NCBI RefSeq assembly: GCF_006345805.1
Contig: NC_043003.1
Span: forward strand, 35,898,001-35,962,000
Direction: 5' to 3'
From: Octopus sinensis
Lineage: Eukaryota
Length of the DNA stretch: 64,000 nt
In this document: positions 61,627 to 64,000 of the stretch, in pieces
Layout of the letters: every line of letters begins with the position of its first letter
Numbering within the stretch: the first letter of the stretch is position 1
Notes under the pieces: generated by a model
What the model saw: the letters and a program-made list of their open reading frames with translations, nothing else
Database searches by the model: none
What the model was told of the DNA's origin: nothing
Translations under genes and position numbers: made by a program

Positions 61627-64000
61627 GTAGATCTGCTTCTTTTCATTTCTTTTCACCCCTCTCGGCAGGTTACCACATATTTTCATGTACGTCGAGTACA
61701 TGAAAATATTTTCTCCGCACACTTGACGTAGCAGAGTCCCAAAATATTTTTTTAATCTCGACTGCTCGTTCAGAGATGCATGTTCGATTGCGAAGCCTCG
61801 CGACGTACATGTCGCTTTTATTTACCTCGGTACTCACCAGGTATCCGTAATATTCCACAAATGCGATGATGCGCCAAAGACCAATATCATATACAACATC
61901 CTTCACCTGAATCTTTTGTTAGCACTCTATATATGATCATACGTTAGATGGATAGTTTTGGATTAATTCCTCCTTCTATCTTCAGTTCTATAAAAATGGC
62001 ATGCATTTCAGTAAGCCACACCTCGACACTGTTAGCGGAGAAACTGCTCTATACATCACCTGCTCTTTTTTCTTCATTATTGTTTTGGAAATATAACGAA
62101 AATTACACTGCTTTTCGTGATGTAGCAATAGATAACCTTCATCCTCAGAAGCTCTTGGAGGAATAGCTCAATTACATAACGCTCCAAAATAAACAGATTC
62201 TCAGTCAGATAATTCATGTATAGAGCCTGTTTGGTACTGGTTGAGTTAACGAAAGAAAATTCATATTTCTTTCATTGCTTTTTTTCAATAAGCATAATTG
62301 TAGATGGATCTGCAAGGCGGTCAGTTGGCAGAATCGTTACATCATCGGACAGACTGCTTTGCGATACCCAACCTGGCTTCTGAATCTGTGTTCAAATCCT
62401 GCCGACGACAACTTTTACTTTCATCTTTTTGAGGTCGAAAATAAAGTATCAGTCGCGTGCTAGCACCGATAAATAAAGTACAGGTCCCGCACTGGGATCG
62501 ACTCCTTTTATTCTTTTAACTCTGCCTGTCTCTTTCTGACCTTCAGGAAGAAATCGACTGTCGTGTGACCGAGAGAGATATCTTGTCTACCAGGTCTAAA
62601 TTTCTAAGATCTGATGTATGGCATGACAGCGTTTTTATGACTCAGTAAAAATGACGTCAATGTTCATACATGCGCAGACGTGACTGTGTGATTCAAGGTT
62701 CAGTGGTAAATCTTCTACTTACTATAGCTTTGGGCCGACCAAAGCCTTGTGAGTGCATTTGGTAGACGGAAACTGAAAGAAGACCGTCGTTATATATATA
62801 TATGTATGTATGTAGGTATGTATATATAGAAAATGGGACAAGAACGCAAAACATCCAGAAGACGATACAAAAAACACGGACGGGTCATTCGAAGCCTTTA
62901 ATCTTCAGTCAGGAACCGGATCATCCTCGCAATTTGTATGCGTTTGTTGTGGTGTGTGTGTGTGTGTGTTTGTCCTACTACCATTGCTTGACAACCGGTG
63001 TTGGTTTGTTCGTGCCTTCGTAAACTAACGGTTCGGTAAAAGCGACCGATAGAATGAGTACCAAGCTTAACAAAAAATAAAATAAATACTGGAGTCGATT
63101 AGTTCGACTGAAAATTCTAGGCGGTGCCCCAGCATGACCGTAGCGTAATGACTGAAACAAGTAAAAGAACATGTGTGCAGGGGGTGTTTAAGAGTGCAGA
63201 CACACACACACACATACACACACACATACATTTACGTCGTGAATATCCACGTTGTTATTGCTGTTGTTATTGTTAACCACATCGTGGGAATTGCTCAATT
63301 TAATGTTACTGTTATCTGTCAAAACGTCATTATTTTTTCCACGCTGAATGTCTCAGTCCTGCTGCGTAACTAAATTTATTTTCACATTCTTTGTTTATTT
63401 ATTTTTTTTTTTTTTTATTACTGCTTTCGATGAGTCTTTCTCTCACTCTTTTATGAGTGCCTTCTTCTTTTTTTTTTTTTTTTTCATGATAGGAAATCAT
63501 TTAAATTTAAATATAAACAAAATTAATGTAAAAAGAAGAAAAAAAATAATTGAAAAAAAAAAACGTGACACACTTTTAGTCTTCTCCACTATGGAAGGAC
63601 TCAAAAGTTTTTTTTTTTTTATAAATTATATATTTTATTTTTACAATTATTATTTTTTTTTTCGTTATACGGACACCTCGAAGAAAATATTCAAACCGGA
63701 AATTCTTTTTCCTTCGGCTTGAACTTGGGCAAAGTAAGAAATCCAAATTTACGAAGCATGCAGACTCACATTCGAATTTGCAAAATCGCAAAGACAACAA
63801 CAACAAGAGTAATGATAATAATTATTTCTACTACAGGCCCAGGGATTTGATTTAGAGGAAGGGAAAGTCGATTACACAGGCCCCATTACTTGATTTGTAC
63901 TTCCTTTTAGCGAATCCGAAAGAATAAAATGCAAAAGTGAACCTCGACGGAATTTGAACTCAAAATGTAATACTCAAAGGAAAACCGCTAGACATTGGCC

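Noticed and set aside
61670-62166. ORFs 61670..61906(-) and 61948..62166(+) as a further ORF1 relic
   Set aside because: Similarity to the ORF1 proteins is too weak to support by eye.
62825-62935. CTGAAGA...CGAA motif in a minus-strand PLE-like insert
   Set aside because: No convincing stem II and GAAA is incomplete; too degenerate to call.

Overview
AT-rich, repeat-saturated eukaryotic DNA. The SINE families and very dense (TA)n/(CA)n/(GATA)n/(ATT)n microsatellites look like an octopus or other coleoid genome (inference, not verified). I recognise no intact host protein-coding gene; most ORFs in the track are microsatellite translations. Recognisable content: two head-to-tail ORF1-only (HAL1-like, Tx1/L1-type RRM + CCHC) retroelements plus a third relic (0.9-4.6 kb); a deleted Gypsy element; RTE, CR1-type and R4/Dong LINE fragments; a near full-length DD36E Tc1 element and mariner relics; a piggyBac-type MITE; Helitron/HINE-like elements; many tRNA-derived SINEs, including a 4 x 184 bp tandem array; and several Penelope-type tails. 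Two highlights: (1) an intact type I hammerhead ribozyme at 34269-34343 (-) inside a fold-back element, plus variant or degenerate hammerhead motifs elsewhere, one with a compensatory G3-C8 core; (2) a shared 3' terminus (GCCCC..GTGGGTA[A/G]TAAAGAAATA) linking the ORF1-only elements, the tandem SINE array and a (GATA)n-embedded tail. The first two form seamless head-to-tail concatemers, suggesting a non-autonomous retroelement network served by one partner reverse transcriptase.
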